From a virus (Duplodnaviria > Caudoviricetes): a stretch of DNA of 56,313 bases. Below, piece by piece: positions 43,398 to 52,896 of this stretch (the stretch's first letter is position 1; every line of letters begins with the position of its first letter). The notes beneath the pieces are model-generated. The model was not told the origin of the DNA and ran no database searches. It worked only from the letters and a program-made list of their open reading frames with translations. The stretch lies in the IMG/VR virus record IMGVR_UViG_3300031788_000018, positions 1 through 56,313 of that record; one strand, 5' to 3'. The position numbers were made by a program, and so were the translations under genes.

Positions 43398-44017
43398 AAT
43401 TTAACTCCAGTTATCTTTACATGTCCTGCAATTGCCAAAAGCAAACTTTCGGAAGCATCTTCATCTTTTCGTCTTAACGGTTCTTTTAGCTGAGAGCCAA
43501 AGATCTCATTAGCTCTTCTAATGCTAACATGCTTTTTACCTATGATGCCGATACGTTTTCCTTGCGCATCTTTAGCTACTTTAGTCTTATTCTTTTTCTT
43601 AAAAGTCCTAGCTTCCTTATTACGGGCTTTTTCTTCCAAACTCATACTGCAACCAGTCGCTCGGCGCCATTCACCGGTCATCAAATAATGAGATTCAATT
43701 CCAGTTTCTTTTATATACGAAGCCAATAGATAATGAGTAAACTCCAAGATCTTTTGAGAGAGGGCATTTTTGGAACCTTTAGAGGTTTCTTCCACTATAA
43801 GAATATCGGGATGAGTTTCCTCAATAATCTGAGCTATAGGAAGATAGCAATCATAGGCCCAATCTACAAAAACGCCCGGATACTCGCCCTCGGGCATTGG
43901 TACCTTAGGTACCTGTCCGTAAGTCTCTAACTCATAAGTACCATCTGAATGGCTTATAATTAGAGACCAGCCCGTTTTTGTGCTTACATCCAACGCAAGC
44001 AGGCGTTTAGAAGTCAT
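43394..44017 (-). CDS. RuvC-like Holliday junction resolvase
   Basis: LLALDVSTKTGW, PDILIVEE, EWR, DEDASESL. Confidence 0.75.
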   Translation of the reverse strand: MTSKRLLALDVSTKTGWSLIISHSDGTYELETYGQVPKVPMPEGEYPGVFVDWAYDCYLPIAQIIEETHPDILIVEETSKGSKNALSQKILEFTHYLLASYIKETGIESHYLMTGEWRRATGCSMSLEEKARNKEARTFKKKNKTKVAKDAQGKRIGIIGKKHVSIRRANEIFGSQLKEPLRRKDEDASESLLLAIAGHVKITGVKL

Positions 44018-44295
44018 TTTCCGCCAGCATCTTTAATTGCAGCAATGATAAAACGCATCTTTAAACGGATAGCTTTCTTAGCATCTCCATAAGGGGCGTT
44101 TAGCTCCTTAAGCAATTCTTTGGTATCAGATAATTTCGTGTCTTCTTCTTGACTTACGATGATCTCTTCTTGAGATTTAGCGTAGGTCGAAAGCTTAAGT
44201 TCAAGATCTTCTACTGATAAACCGGCTGTGGCTTCAATGAAATCTGGATAAAGCTTTTCTACTTGTTCTTGGATACTTTTCTTTGGACGGGCCAT
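44014..44295 (-). CDS. Hypothetical helical protein
   Basis: AGGAG RBS; 93 aa. Confidence 0.65.
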   Translation of the reverse strand: MARPKKSIQEQVEKLYPDFIEATAGLSVEDLELKLSTYAKSQEEIIVSQEEDTKLSDTKELLKELNAPYGDAKKAIRLKMRFIIAAIKDAGGK

Positions 44296-44299
44296 TTTA

Positions 44300-44638
44300 T
44301 TACTCCTTAGTATATTCCAATTTAATGGATTTGTTTAATAAACCTTTGTTATTCAGATATCCTAAAGTCGCCTCAATAACAGCTACGGCAACTAATTCGG
44401 AAGTATCAACCTTCTTATGGGAAATGAACATAGGAACTGTCTGAGTTGAAAAGATAGATTTAGACCTGCTTACCATTTGCAGCATATCCATACGGTTAAC
44501 TATATGGCCTAATTTCATTAATTGAGATTGCTTATCGAAAATCGCCCGCAAATACTTTCTTTGATCTTCGTGTGATAGATTGTCAGATTTCTCTAAGTAT
44601 TCAGTTATTTCTCGTTCAATCAGTTCTAAGTCGCTCAT
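44300..44638 (-). CDS. Hypothetical protein
   Basis: GAGG RBS, own promoter. Confidence 0.65.
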   Translation of the reverse strand: MSDLELIEREITEYLEKSDNLSHEDQRKYLRAIFDKQSQLMKLGHIVNRMDMLQMVSRSKSIFSTQTVPMFISHKKVDTSELVAVAVIEATLGYLNNKGLLNKSIKLEYTKE

Positions 44639-44652
44639 AATACCTCTCCTAA

Positions 44653-44681
44653 ATTATAACACTAACTTCTAAGACTGTCAA
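44653..44681 (-). promoter_or_regulatory. Consensus sigma70 promoter TTGACA-17-TATAAT
   Basis: Minus strand ttgaca gtcttagaagttagtgt tataat. Confidence 0.8.
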
Positions 44682-46744
44682 GTAATTTTACTTGTAGCCC
44701 CATCGCGCGCTACCGTGATACGATCGTCTAGAAAGCCTTTGATGATCGGATTATGATCGATCAAAAGTACTCGTTTGGATATGTTGGCATTCTTTATAAC
44801 TTCTAAGGCCATTTCAATTGAAGCAGCATCAAGGCCGTTGAACGGTTCATCTAAGCACATGAAATCGCAACCTTTTCCTGTCTGAGTCTCTAGGAAATCA
44901 ACTACAGCCAAATCCACGGCTAAGTCTACAGAAGACCGTTCTCCGCCAGATAGACTCTTAATTGGGATCGCTAATTCGCCGTCCATTGAAATCTCAGCGG
45001 ATACTTCTTCTTTAATCTTACCGTCTTTTCGTTCGGTAATACCATACAATTGTATGGTAGCACCGTACATATTTGGAATCCCTCTTATGATCGTCGTAGC
45101 TCCATCGCTTATAGCTTCTAGGGCTGAATCGAATGAACAGGAGATATAGCTCTTTATGGCCCGTTTAAGTTCGCTAACCAATTGAAATTCTTTGTCTAAG
45201 GCATTTAGATTTAGAATCAGAGTACTCGCTAAGCCTTTGTAAATGGAGATTCTTTCATTGAAGGAAGTGTGCTGTATAGAGTACTTAACCATGGCCGATT
45301 GGTAGGCAGTGATTTTAGCTTGAGATGTGTCATAGATACTCTTCTCTAACTGTATCTGCCCCCTGAGCTGTTCCAGCTCCCTACCCTGTAAGTCTTTTAA
45401 GATGCTTAAACCTCTATGATAACTCTCCGACGAAGCGATTGCCCGCGATTGTTCCAAACGACTATGCTCGCGTTCTTTCTGTTCAGCTTCCTGTACGAGC
45501 TGCTTCAATCTGACTTCTTCAGTTTCTAGCTCTTCTAGTATATTAGCTCTCTCTGGAGTATTAAACTCTTTCTCATCCAGTAAAGGTTTTAACAAGGGTA
45601 CTTTTTCATCAAATAAGCTGGAAGCTCTCAGGGATTCTTCTACGGTTAAGTTAAGTCTTTCTATCTCCAAATGTATAGTTTCGGCCCTCTTTGCTGAATT
45701 TATAAGTGGCCAAATCTGGGTACAAGTAGGGCACGTTTGGCCGTTTATAATTTGGAGTTCTTCAGTGAGCTGTAAGATCTTGTTTTTAGCCAAGTTTCCG
45801 TTCTCTTTAGAGCGCTTTAATTCGATAAGCTCTGACTTTAATAAATGAGCCTCAGATTGTGCTTTTCTGACTCTTTCGTGTTCGTTGGAATAGATAGCCT
45901 TAGTTCGTAGATTATGAACGGTTAATTGTTCCTTAAGTTCCGATAGACCAGAACGATCGAAAGGGGTAGGCTTGAAATCAATTTTATTAACCAGATCATA
46001 ATATGATAGAGCTTGGGAATGTTTTTGGGATAGTTCCTTAGCTTTTGCTATGCTTTGGTCTAGGCGATCTTTTTGAACCAGAAGGAATCTGGGATCAATT
46101 TCTTCAATTGGAGGTTCGCCTAAAGTGATAAGACTAAGTTCGGTAGCTTGCAAAGAGGCATTTAGATGCCCAAGTTCGTTAGTAAGCTTGGCTTTTTCAT
46201 TAGTTAGTTCTTTGATTTTAAGATCTAAGATTTCAGATTTATCTCTATAGGAAGTTAATCCAAGGCAATCGGTGAGGAATTCATGCGTTTCCTTAGGGGT
46301 GAAATTGAGGAAAAAGCCGCCTTCTTTTTGGCGTTTATGGATCATTGGGCGGAATAGATGTCTTGGAATGGCAATGATTTCATCTAGTTTTTCTTCGGCA
46401 AGTTTTGAACTGCCACTTATAACGTTGCCATAAGTGGCAAGTGAAAGTCCTTTGGCTTTGGAACGGGAGATCGTGAGTTCTTGGCCGTCCCAATCAAAAG
46501 TGCCTGAAACTTCGATAGTCTCTTTGGTTAGTCGGGACTGAAGAACAGTATTTGCTATGTCATTTAAACCAAAAAGATAGTCGATGGAATTGAAGACAGA
46601 ACTTTTACCAGCACCAGAAGAACCACCAGTGTTATTATTTTGCCCATCCACTTGTACTAGAGTTCCAAGTGATTGGAAATCAATAACCTGCTCTTCTGTG
46701 AATCTGCCTATGTTTTTAAATCTTAATTCCTTAAGCTTTAACAT
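44678..46744 (-). CDS. sbcC: SbcC/Rad50 (T4 gp46-like) ATPase
   Basis: GAGKSS Walker A, CPTC zinc hook, LSGGE signature, LDEPF, IDH. Confidence 0.9.
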   Translation of the reverse strand: MLKLKELRFKNIGRFTEEQVIDFQSLGTLVQVDGQNNNTGGSSGAGKSSVFNSIDYLFGLNDIANTVLQSRLTKETIEVSGTFDWDGQELTISRSKAKGLSLATYGNVISGSSKLAEEKLDEIIAIPRHLFRPMIHKRQKEGGFFLNFTPKETHEFLTDCLGLTSYRDKSEILDLKIKELTNEKAKLTNELGHLNASLQATELSLITLGEPPIEEIDPRFLLVQKDRLDQSIAKAKELSQKHSQALSYYDLVNKIDFKPTPFDRSGLSELKEQLTVHNLRTKAIYSNEHERVRKAQSEAHLLKSELIELKRSKENGNLAKNKILQLTEELQIINGQTCPTCTQIWPLINSAKRAETIHLEIERLNLTVEESLRASSLFDEKVPLLKPLLDEKEFNTPERANILEELETEEVRLKQLVQEAEQKEREHSRLEQSRAIASSESYHRGLSILKDLQGRELEQLRGQIQLEKSIYDTSQAKITAYQSAMVKYSIQHTSFNERISIYKGLASTLILNLNALDKEFQLVSELKRAIKSYISCSFDSALEAISDGATTIIRGIPNMYGATIQLYGITERKDGKIKEEVSAEISMDGELAIPIKSLSGGERSSVDLAVDLAVVDFLETQTGKGCDFMCLDEPFNGLDAASIEMALEVIKNANISKRVLLIDHNPIIKGFLDDRITVARDGATSKIT

Positions 46745-46760
46745 TTAAACTACTTTCTGT

Positions 46761-47009
46761 CTATTCTTTCGTAAAGTCTTTTTCGGACTTAGCTTGATTA
46801 ATCTCAAGGATACTAGGAATAATTTCTACACTTCTGGCCATCACACCGTTATCGATGGTCACTTTGGAGACATAATTAGGACCGGACAACTTCTTTAAGG
46901 CTGTCCGGTCACACTTTGCGCAAGTACTCTCGGACGGCGCATCCTTGGCCGACCGAAAGAACTTGCTAACTGAATGCTTGTTTTCACAAGTATATACGAT
47001 CATAGGCAT
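46761..47009 (-). CDS. FmdB-like zinc-ribbon protein
   Basis: MP...YTCENKH...CAKC. Confidence 0.65.
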   Translation of the reverse strand: MPMIVYTCENKHSVSKFFRSAKDAPSESTCAKCDRTALKKLSGPNYVSKVTIDNGVMARSVEIIPSILEINQAKSEKDFTKE

Positions 47010-47989
47010 TAGAAAAGAAATCCTTGTGTCAAATCACCGGCGGTAGACAGTGATTCAATAGCTGCTTTTTTGACCTTTTCAATGGTAGTTAAAGTCATTG
47101 TAGGATCTGACGCACAAAGTCTATCTTTATTAGATAAACAATCAGCGCCGAAACCGCCACCGGAAGCTAAGAATTCGCTTACAAGCATTTTACCCTTAGT
47201 GGTAGAGAGTATTTGTACAGCGTCCAGGATTCCAATGTTTACTGGACATTTATCTACAGTTACTTGAAAACTAAAACCCATAGCGGACACTTCTGTTGTA
47301 GTAGTGCCAGTCAAGGAATCGTCACATTTTACTTTCATGATCTTATCTGCATAGCCACCTTCAACTGCTGTTGTGCCGGTCAGCCAAAGTTCATTAGAAT
47401 AAGCTTTAGTATAACTATCTAGTGTCTGTCTTCCATTGGTCCTTTTTACAGTTAATGAATCCATTTCGAAAATAAGTTGCTTATTAAAAGCTAAACGGTT
47501 TTCAAGTTGACTCGGTGTTTGTCCGCCAAATGAACCTTCTACTCCACCGGTAGCTCTATGAGACATAAGCTTAGCGCTCTTTAAGATATACCGTTCGCCA
47601 AGTCCCTGTACGGTCTGAAATCCCATGCTAGCTGCGAATACGGTAACAGTATGAACCGGCCTGCCTAGGCTGTTCAAATTATCAATAAATCTAAGACCAG
47701 CTTCAACTTCGCCACCTGGAGTACTTAAGATTAAAAAGATAGGCGGTTTGGACTTAGGGAATTTACTGTCCAATGCACGATCTAGTTCCCTGGCTTCTAC
47801 TGATAATTTAGACAAATAGCCACTCATCATAGGTTTGTTTAGTATCAATGAATTAGACGAAGTAAGTACGATTGTATCCGGATCAGCTACCGTAACGGGA
47901 CGGTCAATAGCGCCTAACAAGCTAATGCCGCCTATTAATATAGTTAGAGCTGAAGCAGCACTAACCCACACGATTTTAAAACTATTCAT
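47009..47989 (-). CDS. Second ClpP-like protease with N-terminal signal/TM helix and Cys-containing C-terminal domain
   Basis: PIFLILSTPGGEVEAG, FAASMG, LMSH, AVEGGYADKI; hydrophobic N-terminus from MNSFK (47989). Confidence 0.75.
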   Translation of the reverse strand: MNSFKIVWVSAASALTILIGGISLLGAIDRPVTVADPDTIVLTSSNSLILNKPMMSGYLSKLSVEARELDRALDSKFPKSKPPIFLILSTPGGEVEAGLRFIDNLNSLGRPVHTVTVFAASMGFQTVQGLGERYILKSAKLMSHRATGGVEGSFGGQTPSQLENRLAFNKQLIFEMDSLTVKRTNGRQTLDSYTKAYSNELWLTGTTAVEGGYADKIMKVKCDDSLTGTTTTEVSAMGFSFQVTVDKCPVNIGILDAVQILSTTKGKMLVSEFLASGGGFGADCLSNKDRLCASDPTMTLTTIEKVKKAAIESLSTAGDLTQGFLF

Positions 47990-48710
47990 TATCTTCCCCT
48001 TCGGTTTCATCCTTAGGATTATTCCTATGGATTTTGTGTTTGTTCTCTTGTCCACGTCTAAACTCAGCCATATTCTGGAGCTGTTGACTATGGAAATTTT
48101 GTCTTGGACTGGAAATATCTATGGTTTCATCTGAATTCTTGATATTTATACCGGAATTACCCATGTTAATATTGACGGTAGGAGCTTTAGGAGCAGCTTT
48201 TGGCTCAGCTGTTAATCTTGAATGAGCTTCCGTCACTTTTAAATAAGTATCAATATCCTTGAAATTCAGATCTTGCAACATAGAATCGTCGCCTGTAGCT
48301 ATCCATTTGTTGATTGGCTTCTTCATTTTAGCTCTCAAAGCATGATTTAACTGTTGCGTAAAGTCCATGTTGGTTAACTTCTCTTCTAAGACTTTTGCTT
48401 GAGCGTTTTGTTGAATCTCAGACAAATGTTCCCATTTAGCTTCATGCCATTTGAATTTATGGGACAAAAACATCACCAAATCCTGTTTAACTCTAAGTGC
48501 TTGTGAAATCTGTTTATAGGTTTTACCGTCTAGGTATAATTCCATGATCTGATGTAAAGTAGTATCTTTTAAAGCCGCCACACCAGGCATTCCATCTTCT
48601 ATGAATTTATGAACGCGGTTCAACTGTGCCGGTAATAAATCAGTAGGTGGAGCTATTATCTCCACGGACGTTTCAGATGTTGGGAAAAGCGGTGTTTTAA
48701 ATCTACTCAT
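47982..48710 (-). CDS. HTH protein, possible terminase small subunit
   Basis: ELYLDGKTYKQISQALRV...KFKW pattern followed by helical region. Confidence 0.4.
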   Translation of the reverse strand: MSRFKTPLFPTSETSVEIIAPPTDLLPAQLNRVHKFIEDGMPGVAALKDTTLHQIMELYLDGKTYKQISQALRVKQDLVMFLSHKFKWHEAKWEHLSEIQQNAQAKVLEEKLTNMDFTQQLNHALRAKMKKPINKWIATGDDSMLQDLNFKDIDTYLKVTEAHSRLTAEPKAAPKAPTVNINMGNSGINIKNSDETIDISSPRQNFHSQQLQNMAEFRRGQENKHKIHRNNPKDETEGEDNE

Positions 48711-49060
48711 TTTGCACTCTTATACATAATTATATCATTAATGATAATTTCAACTGTTAAATCTTTCCAAAATAATCCTCTTAAGGCAGATTCTAAAGCA
48801 GCGTAACGCTTTTCGATTTGGTCATTAATAGCATCTTCAGCAATTACAAGACTATAAGTAACAATAGCATTGCTGCGAGACTCTATGCTATAAGCTATTT
48901 GTTTATGGGAAAGGTCATAGTCTATATGACACGATTGAATACCTTCAAAAAATACATATGGATACATTTTCATGTTTTTCTCATGAAGTTCTGTAATTTT
49001 ACCACTGAAAATGACCAATTTGGCCATTTCTTGTAATGATTTTGAAAGTTCTTCGCTCAT
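48707..49060 (-). CDS. Hypothetical protein
   Basis: ATGA-coupled to the upstream tail. Confidence 0.65.
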   Translation of the reverse strand: MSEELSKSLQEMAKLVIFSGKITELHEKNMKMYPYVFFEGIQSCHIDYDLSHKQIAYSIESRSNAIVTYSLVIAEDAINDQIEKRYAALESALRGLFWKDLTVEIIINDIIMYKSAK

Positions 49061-49515
49061 TTTAAAGCCTCAATTATATTCTTATTGAACTGGGCAGTAT
49101 GCTTTATATGTTCCGCCTGTTCTTCGGTACAGAGTGTATTGTTTAACCAGTAACTGCCAGTGCCGTCGATATATTCTATTGCAGGACCGTCTTCGCGGTG
49201 AAGATCACCGTGGTTATACCACAATTTAAGTCCATTAGCATTGTCAATAGCGGGGCCATTTTCTCTATGTAACTTACCTTCAAAGTACCATTGCAATACG
49301 CCAGAACCGGTGATAGCAGGACCGTCTTCGCGATGGAGCTTACCGTTTAAGAACCATTCTTCTGAACCATCATTGTACATTATCGCCGGTCCGTCTTCAC
49401 GATGGACTTCAAAATATGCTGATGAAACTAAGCCATTACTGTGCAACGGTTCTGGTTTGACAAGTTTAAACCAGGTCCGATTGCCTTCTCTGTCGTATTC
49501 AATTTTAGTCTTCAT
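49057..49515 (-). CDS. HREDGPA-repeat protein (4 repeats) with the conserved tail
   Basis: Four HRE[DN]GPA units; ends HTAQFNKNIIEALK. Confidence 0.9.
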   Translation of the reverse strand: MKTKIEYDREGNRTWFKLVKPEPLHSNGLVSSAYFEVHREDGPAIMYNDGSEEWFLNGKLHREDGPAITGSGVLQWYFEGKLHRENGPAIDNANGLKLWYNHGDLHREDGPAIEYIDGTGSYWLNNTLCTEEQAEHIKHTAQFNKNIIEALK

Positions 49516-49862
49516 CTACTCAATTCCTTACTTACTTCAGGACAAACCATGACTGAAGATGTTAAATATGGAACGCTAAATTGATCTAATGCTTCAATCG
49601 TTATTCCAGCTCTTTCCATATGACATCGATTACCGATACAATGATAAAATCCTACAACCCCATACTTTTCTCTAGTTAAATCTATATTTATTATTCTAAT
49701 CACCACATTGATTTTATTGTCATCAATATTTCTGAGTACAACACAATCTCCAATCTTATACTTTGGAGTGGGGTGCGAAACGATCATAATTTCAAGGAAA
49801 ATAACACTGCACACGATTATCCAGAGTAAGCAATTCATTAATATAAATGTTGATTTTTTCAT
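49512..49862 (-). CDS. Membrane-anchored hypothetical protein
   Basis: N-terminal TM helix then KYKIGDCV SH3-like start. Confidence 0.6.
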   Translation of the reverse strand: MKKSTFILMNCLLWIIVCSVIFLEIMIVSHPTPKYKIGDCVVLRNIDDNKINVVIRIINIDLTREKYGVVGFYHCIGNRCHMERAGITIEALDQFSVPYLTSSVMVCPEVSKELSR

Positions 49863-49863
49863 T

Positions 49864-50853
49864 TTAAAACCCCAGTTCCTTCATATATTGTACCAGGTCT
49901 TCTTTGGAAAGTCCAGTAGAAATATCAAAAGTATTATTAATAAAATCCGCTAATGAAGTTCCGGGCTTACGGTTTGCGGATTTAAGATGATCAGTGATTT
50001 TAGTCTTTATGGATACTTTACCCTTGAGCTTCGTTTTACTTCGTTTGATCCATTCCGAAGTTCCAATCATTTCAACAGTTGTCCTAGAATTTGGAGCAAT
50101 TTCAGGCATTTCCTCGCCTTCTCTCCAAGTAACGGACCGTACCGGTTGACACACATGGGCTGTGGAAATAAACTCTTCTTCAATAATATGCCCTAGAATG
50201 TCATCGTGCTCTACTAGCCATAGACCTTTGTCTTCATTGGCATCTGAAGCTGTCAGCCATCTGGCTGTCCCAGGGTATATGACTTTACCAAATCTCTGCC
50301 TTCTATGGATATGTCCAGAAATAATGGCGCCTACATTCAATTTATCTGGGTCAACTCCATCAGGAGCATAGAAGCCGTTCTCAAATTGAGAACCAGCGTA
50401 AGTCTGATGGGATACAAGTACTCTAGAATCATTCTCTTCTAGAATTTGATTAGCTTTATATATGAATTCATTAGAATCATGAATATAAGCAGCATATAGA
50501 AATGGCCCTAAAGCTTTAAATGTCTCTACAATATGGAGACTTTTGTTGAGTTCAGCCTTATCCTTAAACACGGACATAGCATTGCTCGTAGAGCCTTTTA
50601 GGCCAGTCATATCATGATTGCCGACTAGAGCTACGGTTTCAACTGTATCGCTTAGTTTCTTTAACCATTTAGACCAGAATTCAAGGACTTCTAATCGTAC
50701 ATTAGCGTGAGTATGAAATTGATCTCCCAATAGGACTATACGGTCTATAGATCTTTCTTGGATTAACTGGACTATGAATGATAGAAGGGAATCTAATTCC
50801 GTTAGATTCCCAGGAGTTGCGTGAGGATCTCCGATGTAGAGTACGCGAATCAT
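49864..50853 (-). CDS. sbcD: SbcD/Mre11 (T4 gp47-like) nuclease
   Basis: IGDPH, LGDQFH, VGNHD, SHQ, SGHIH, YPGT. Confidence 0.9.
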   Translation of the reverse strand: MIRVLYIGDPHATPGNLTELDSLLSFIVQLIQERSIDRIVLLGDQFHTHANVRLEVLEFWSKWLKKLSDTVETVALVGNHDMTGLKGSTSNAMSVFKDKAELNKSLHIVETFKALGPFLYAAYIHDSNEFIYKANQILEENDSRVLVSHQTYAGSQFENGFYAPDGVDPDKLNVGAIISGHIHRRQRFGKVIYPGTARWLTASDANEDKGLWLVEHDDILGHIIEEEFISTAHVCQPVRSVTWREGEEMPEIAPNSRTTVEMIGTSEWIKRSKTKLKGKVSIKTKITDHLKSANRKPGTSLADFINNTFDISTGLSKEDLVQYMKELGF

Positions 50854-51056
50854 TTTAAAGCCTCGTTAATATTGTCGTTGAATTGTTTATTGCGTTGAAG
50901 TTGTTTGAATTCTAGTTCGGTTAATGCTATACCATTTAAGTACCAAGCTTTGGCACCGTCAGCCCATTCTCCGGCTGGACCGTCTTCACGGTGGAGTTTG
51001 CCTTTTAAGAACCAGCGTTTAGTGCCATATTCGTCAATATGTAGACCGTCTTTCAT
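50850..51056 (-). CDS. HREDGPA-repeat protein with the conserved tail
   Basis: Ends QRNKQFNDNINEALK. Confidence 0.85.
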   Translation of the reverse strand: MKDGLHIDEYGTKRWFLKGKLHREDGPAGEWADGAKAWYLNGIALTELEFKQLQRNKQFNDNINEALK

Positions 51057-51268
51057 TTTAGAGCCTTTTCTATCATTTTATTAAACTGGGCCAATCTCAT
51101 AAGTTCAAGTCTTTGCTTGAACTCTTCCTCAGTTAATTGAACACCCTCTAAGTACCACCATTGAGCTCCATCCACATGAACTATAGCTGGTCCATCTTCA
51201 CAGTGCAGTTTTCCATCTTTATAAATAAACTTACAGCCGCACTGATCAAATACTACGACTTTACTCAT
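51053..51268 (-). CDS. HCEDGPA-repeat protein with the conserved tail
   Basis: Ends MRLAQFNKMIEKALK. Confidence 0.85.
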   Translation of the reverse strand: MSKVVVFDQCGCKFIYKDGKLHCEDGPAIVHVDGAQWWYLEGVQLTEEEFKQRLELMRLAQFNKMIEKALK

Positions 51269-51288
51269 AGAGAATCCTTCTATGGCAA

Positions 51289-52380
51289 TTAACTTGAGCT
51301 AGAACTAGAGCTTTTAGCTTCACTCGTCATATACTTAACGGCCGGTCTGATGATGTCCTTTAAAAAAGGAAAGTCTTTAAGCAGTTTAGTACTAATAGTA
51401 TAATCCTTAGTTTTATCTTCCAAAGCCTTTAAAAGGCCCAAGGATTGATCGGCAGGAATTACACGCAATACTTCAGCTAAATGTTTGTCCGGTACAGATT
51501 CTTGATCCAATAAATCTGTAATAAAGATGTGAAGCTTTTGACTTTCCATATTCTCTACATTTGAAAAAGCTTTAAGTTTAGCTAGAGCTTCTTTCTTATT
51601 GGCCAAGAAATCTTTGTAGAGAAGAATCGTGTGATCATTCTCAAAGTCACTGAAATCCTTGGCGACACTTACGCCTAAGATGGACGTATAGAATGTTTGC
51701 TTGAACTTTTCGTCTGATTTAGATTCAAGATAATCATTGAACCGAGATAAAGTACGAGGACTGATATATTTGGAACCTGGAATATTGCCTACGGATTCGG
51801 GATCAATGAACTTCCAGATACCGGATTCAATAAACCTGATTAAAGTCTTATTCCAACCGGCAGCTTTGATGAATGATACAAAGCTATCTTTATGAAATTC
51901 CACGTTAAAGAATTCCAGTCGGTCTTTTAATGCCGGATCCAATGAGGCTGTTTCGTACACAGAATCTTCTGCATTGATATTTGCAACGACAATCCAACCT
52001 TCTGGTAGTGTATAGTTATCGAAACCACGTCTAATATCGGTTAGAGATAATACGCACTGCATAATGGAAGAAGGAGATCTGTTAAGTTCTTCTAAAAGAA
52101 TAATACCTTTTCCGGAACTTGGCCAGAAAATAGGGGTGGCGAAATCTAATCTGGCTTTACCGTCGACTTCGATCTTATCTGGGAAGCCTCGAAAATCTGG
52201 CGGCTCTAAAGTTGAGCAAGAAAGAATCACTAATCCTAACCCGTTATCTTGGGCAAACTTTTTGACACTGAAAGTCTTTGCAAGTCCAGGAGCACTTACA
52301 AAACAAGGATAAAGCATTCCACCTTTATCTCTGATATCAAAAGCGGTCTTCAAAATCTCGGGAATATGTTCTGTTCTCAT
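51289..52380 (-). CDS. MoxR/dynein-related AAA+ ATPase
   Basis: SAPGLAKT, ILLEELNR, LDPALKDR, SPRT. Confidence 0.8.
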   Translation of the reverse strand: MRTEHIPEILKTAFDIRDKGGMLYPCFVSAPGLAKTFSVKKFAQDNGLGLVILSCSTLEPPDFRGFPDKIEVDGKARLDFATPIFWPSSGKGIILLEELNRSPSSIMQCVLSLTDIRRGFDNYTLPEGWIVVANINAEDSVYETASLDPALKDRLEFFNVEFHKDSFVSFIKAAGWNKTLIRFIESGIWKFIDPESVGNIPGSKYISPRTLSRFNDYLESKSDEKFKQTFYTSILGVSVAKDFSDFENDHTILLYKDFLANKKEALAKLKAFSNVENMESQKLHIFITDLLDQESVPDKHLAEVLRVIPADQSLGLLKALEDKTKDYTISTKLLKDFPFLKDIIRPAVKYMTSEAKSSSSSSS

Positions 52381-52416
52381 TTCTAAGTCACTTTCTGTGC
52401 ATTTAGCACTAACTAA

Positions 52417-52445
52417 ATTATATATTATACAGCTTTATTTGTCAA
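52417..52445 (-). promoter_or_regulatory. Consensus sigma70 promoter TTGACA-17-TATAAT
   Basis: Minus strand ttgaca aataaagctgtataata tataat. Confidence 0.75.
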
Positions 52446-52475
52446 GCAAGTTATTTTAGCGTGTCTATTAAGAAT

Positions 52476-52883
52476 CTAAAGTCCTGTGCTACCGAATCCG
52501 GCTTCATTTCTGTCACCCTTATCTTCAGTTTCCTGATAGATACGCATAAAGACTATTTGAGCGATTCTATCTCCAGCTTTAAAAGATAACGGTGCCGGAC
52601 CTACATTGTGAAGAATAATCTTTATTTCACCTCCGTAGCCTGAATCCACAACTCCTCCAAGTACTTGCACGCCTTTTGTAGCTAAACCAGACCTGCCTTT
52701 TATAATTCCTACTAAATCAGAACGTTTCATTGAAACGCCAATGCCGGTAGAGACAATTTGCAGTTCATCTTTATATAGTACGAAAGAGTTTAAGGCTTTT
52801 AAATCATATCCCGCATCGCCATTATAGCTTTTTACAGGTAGGATTCCATTGTCATCTATCTTGAAAAACTCTAATTCTTTCAT
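52476..52883 (-). CDS. dut: Trimeric dUTPase
   Basis: DAGYDL, GRSGLA, GVVDSGYGGEI, GDRIAQ, R...GFGSTG; start MKELEF at 52883. Confidence 0.95.
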   Translation of the reverse strand: MKELEFFKIDDNGILPVKSYNGDAGYDLKALNSFVLYKDELQIVSTGIGVSMKRSDLVGIIKGRSGLATKGVQVLGGVVDSGYGGEIKIILHNVGPAPLSFKAGDRIAQIVFMRIYQETEDKGDRNEAGFGSTGL

Positions 52884-52896
52884 ATATTTACTCCTT

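Noticed and set aside
24587-51056. Diversity-generating retroelement (TR/VR pair) explaining the near-identical HREDGPA copies
   Set aside because: No reverse transcriptase in the window; differences between 24587 and 50850 involve all bases and many synonymous sites rather than being adenine-specific; both copies are coding.
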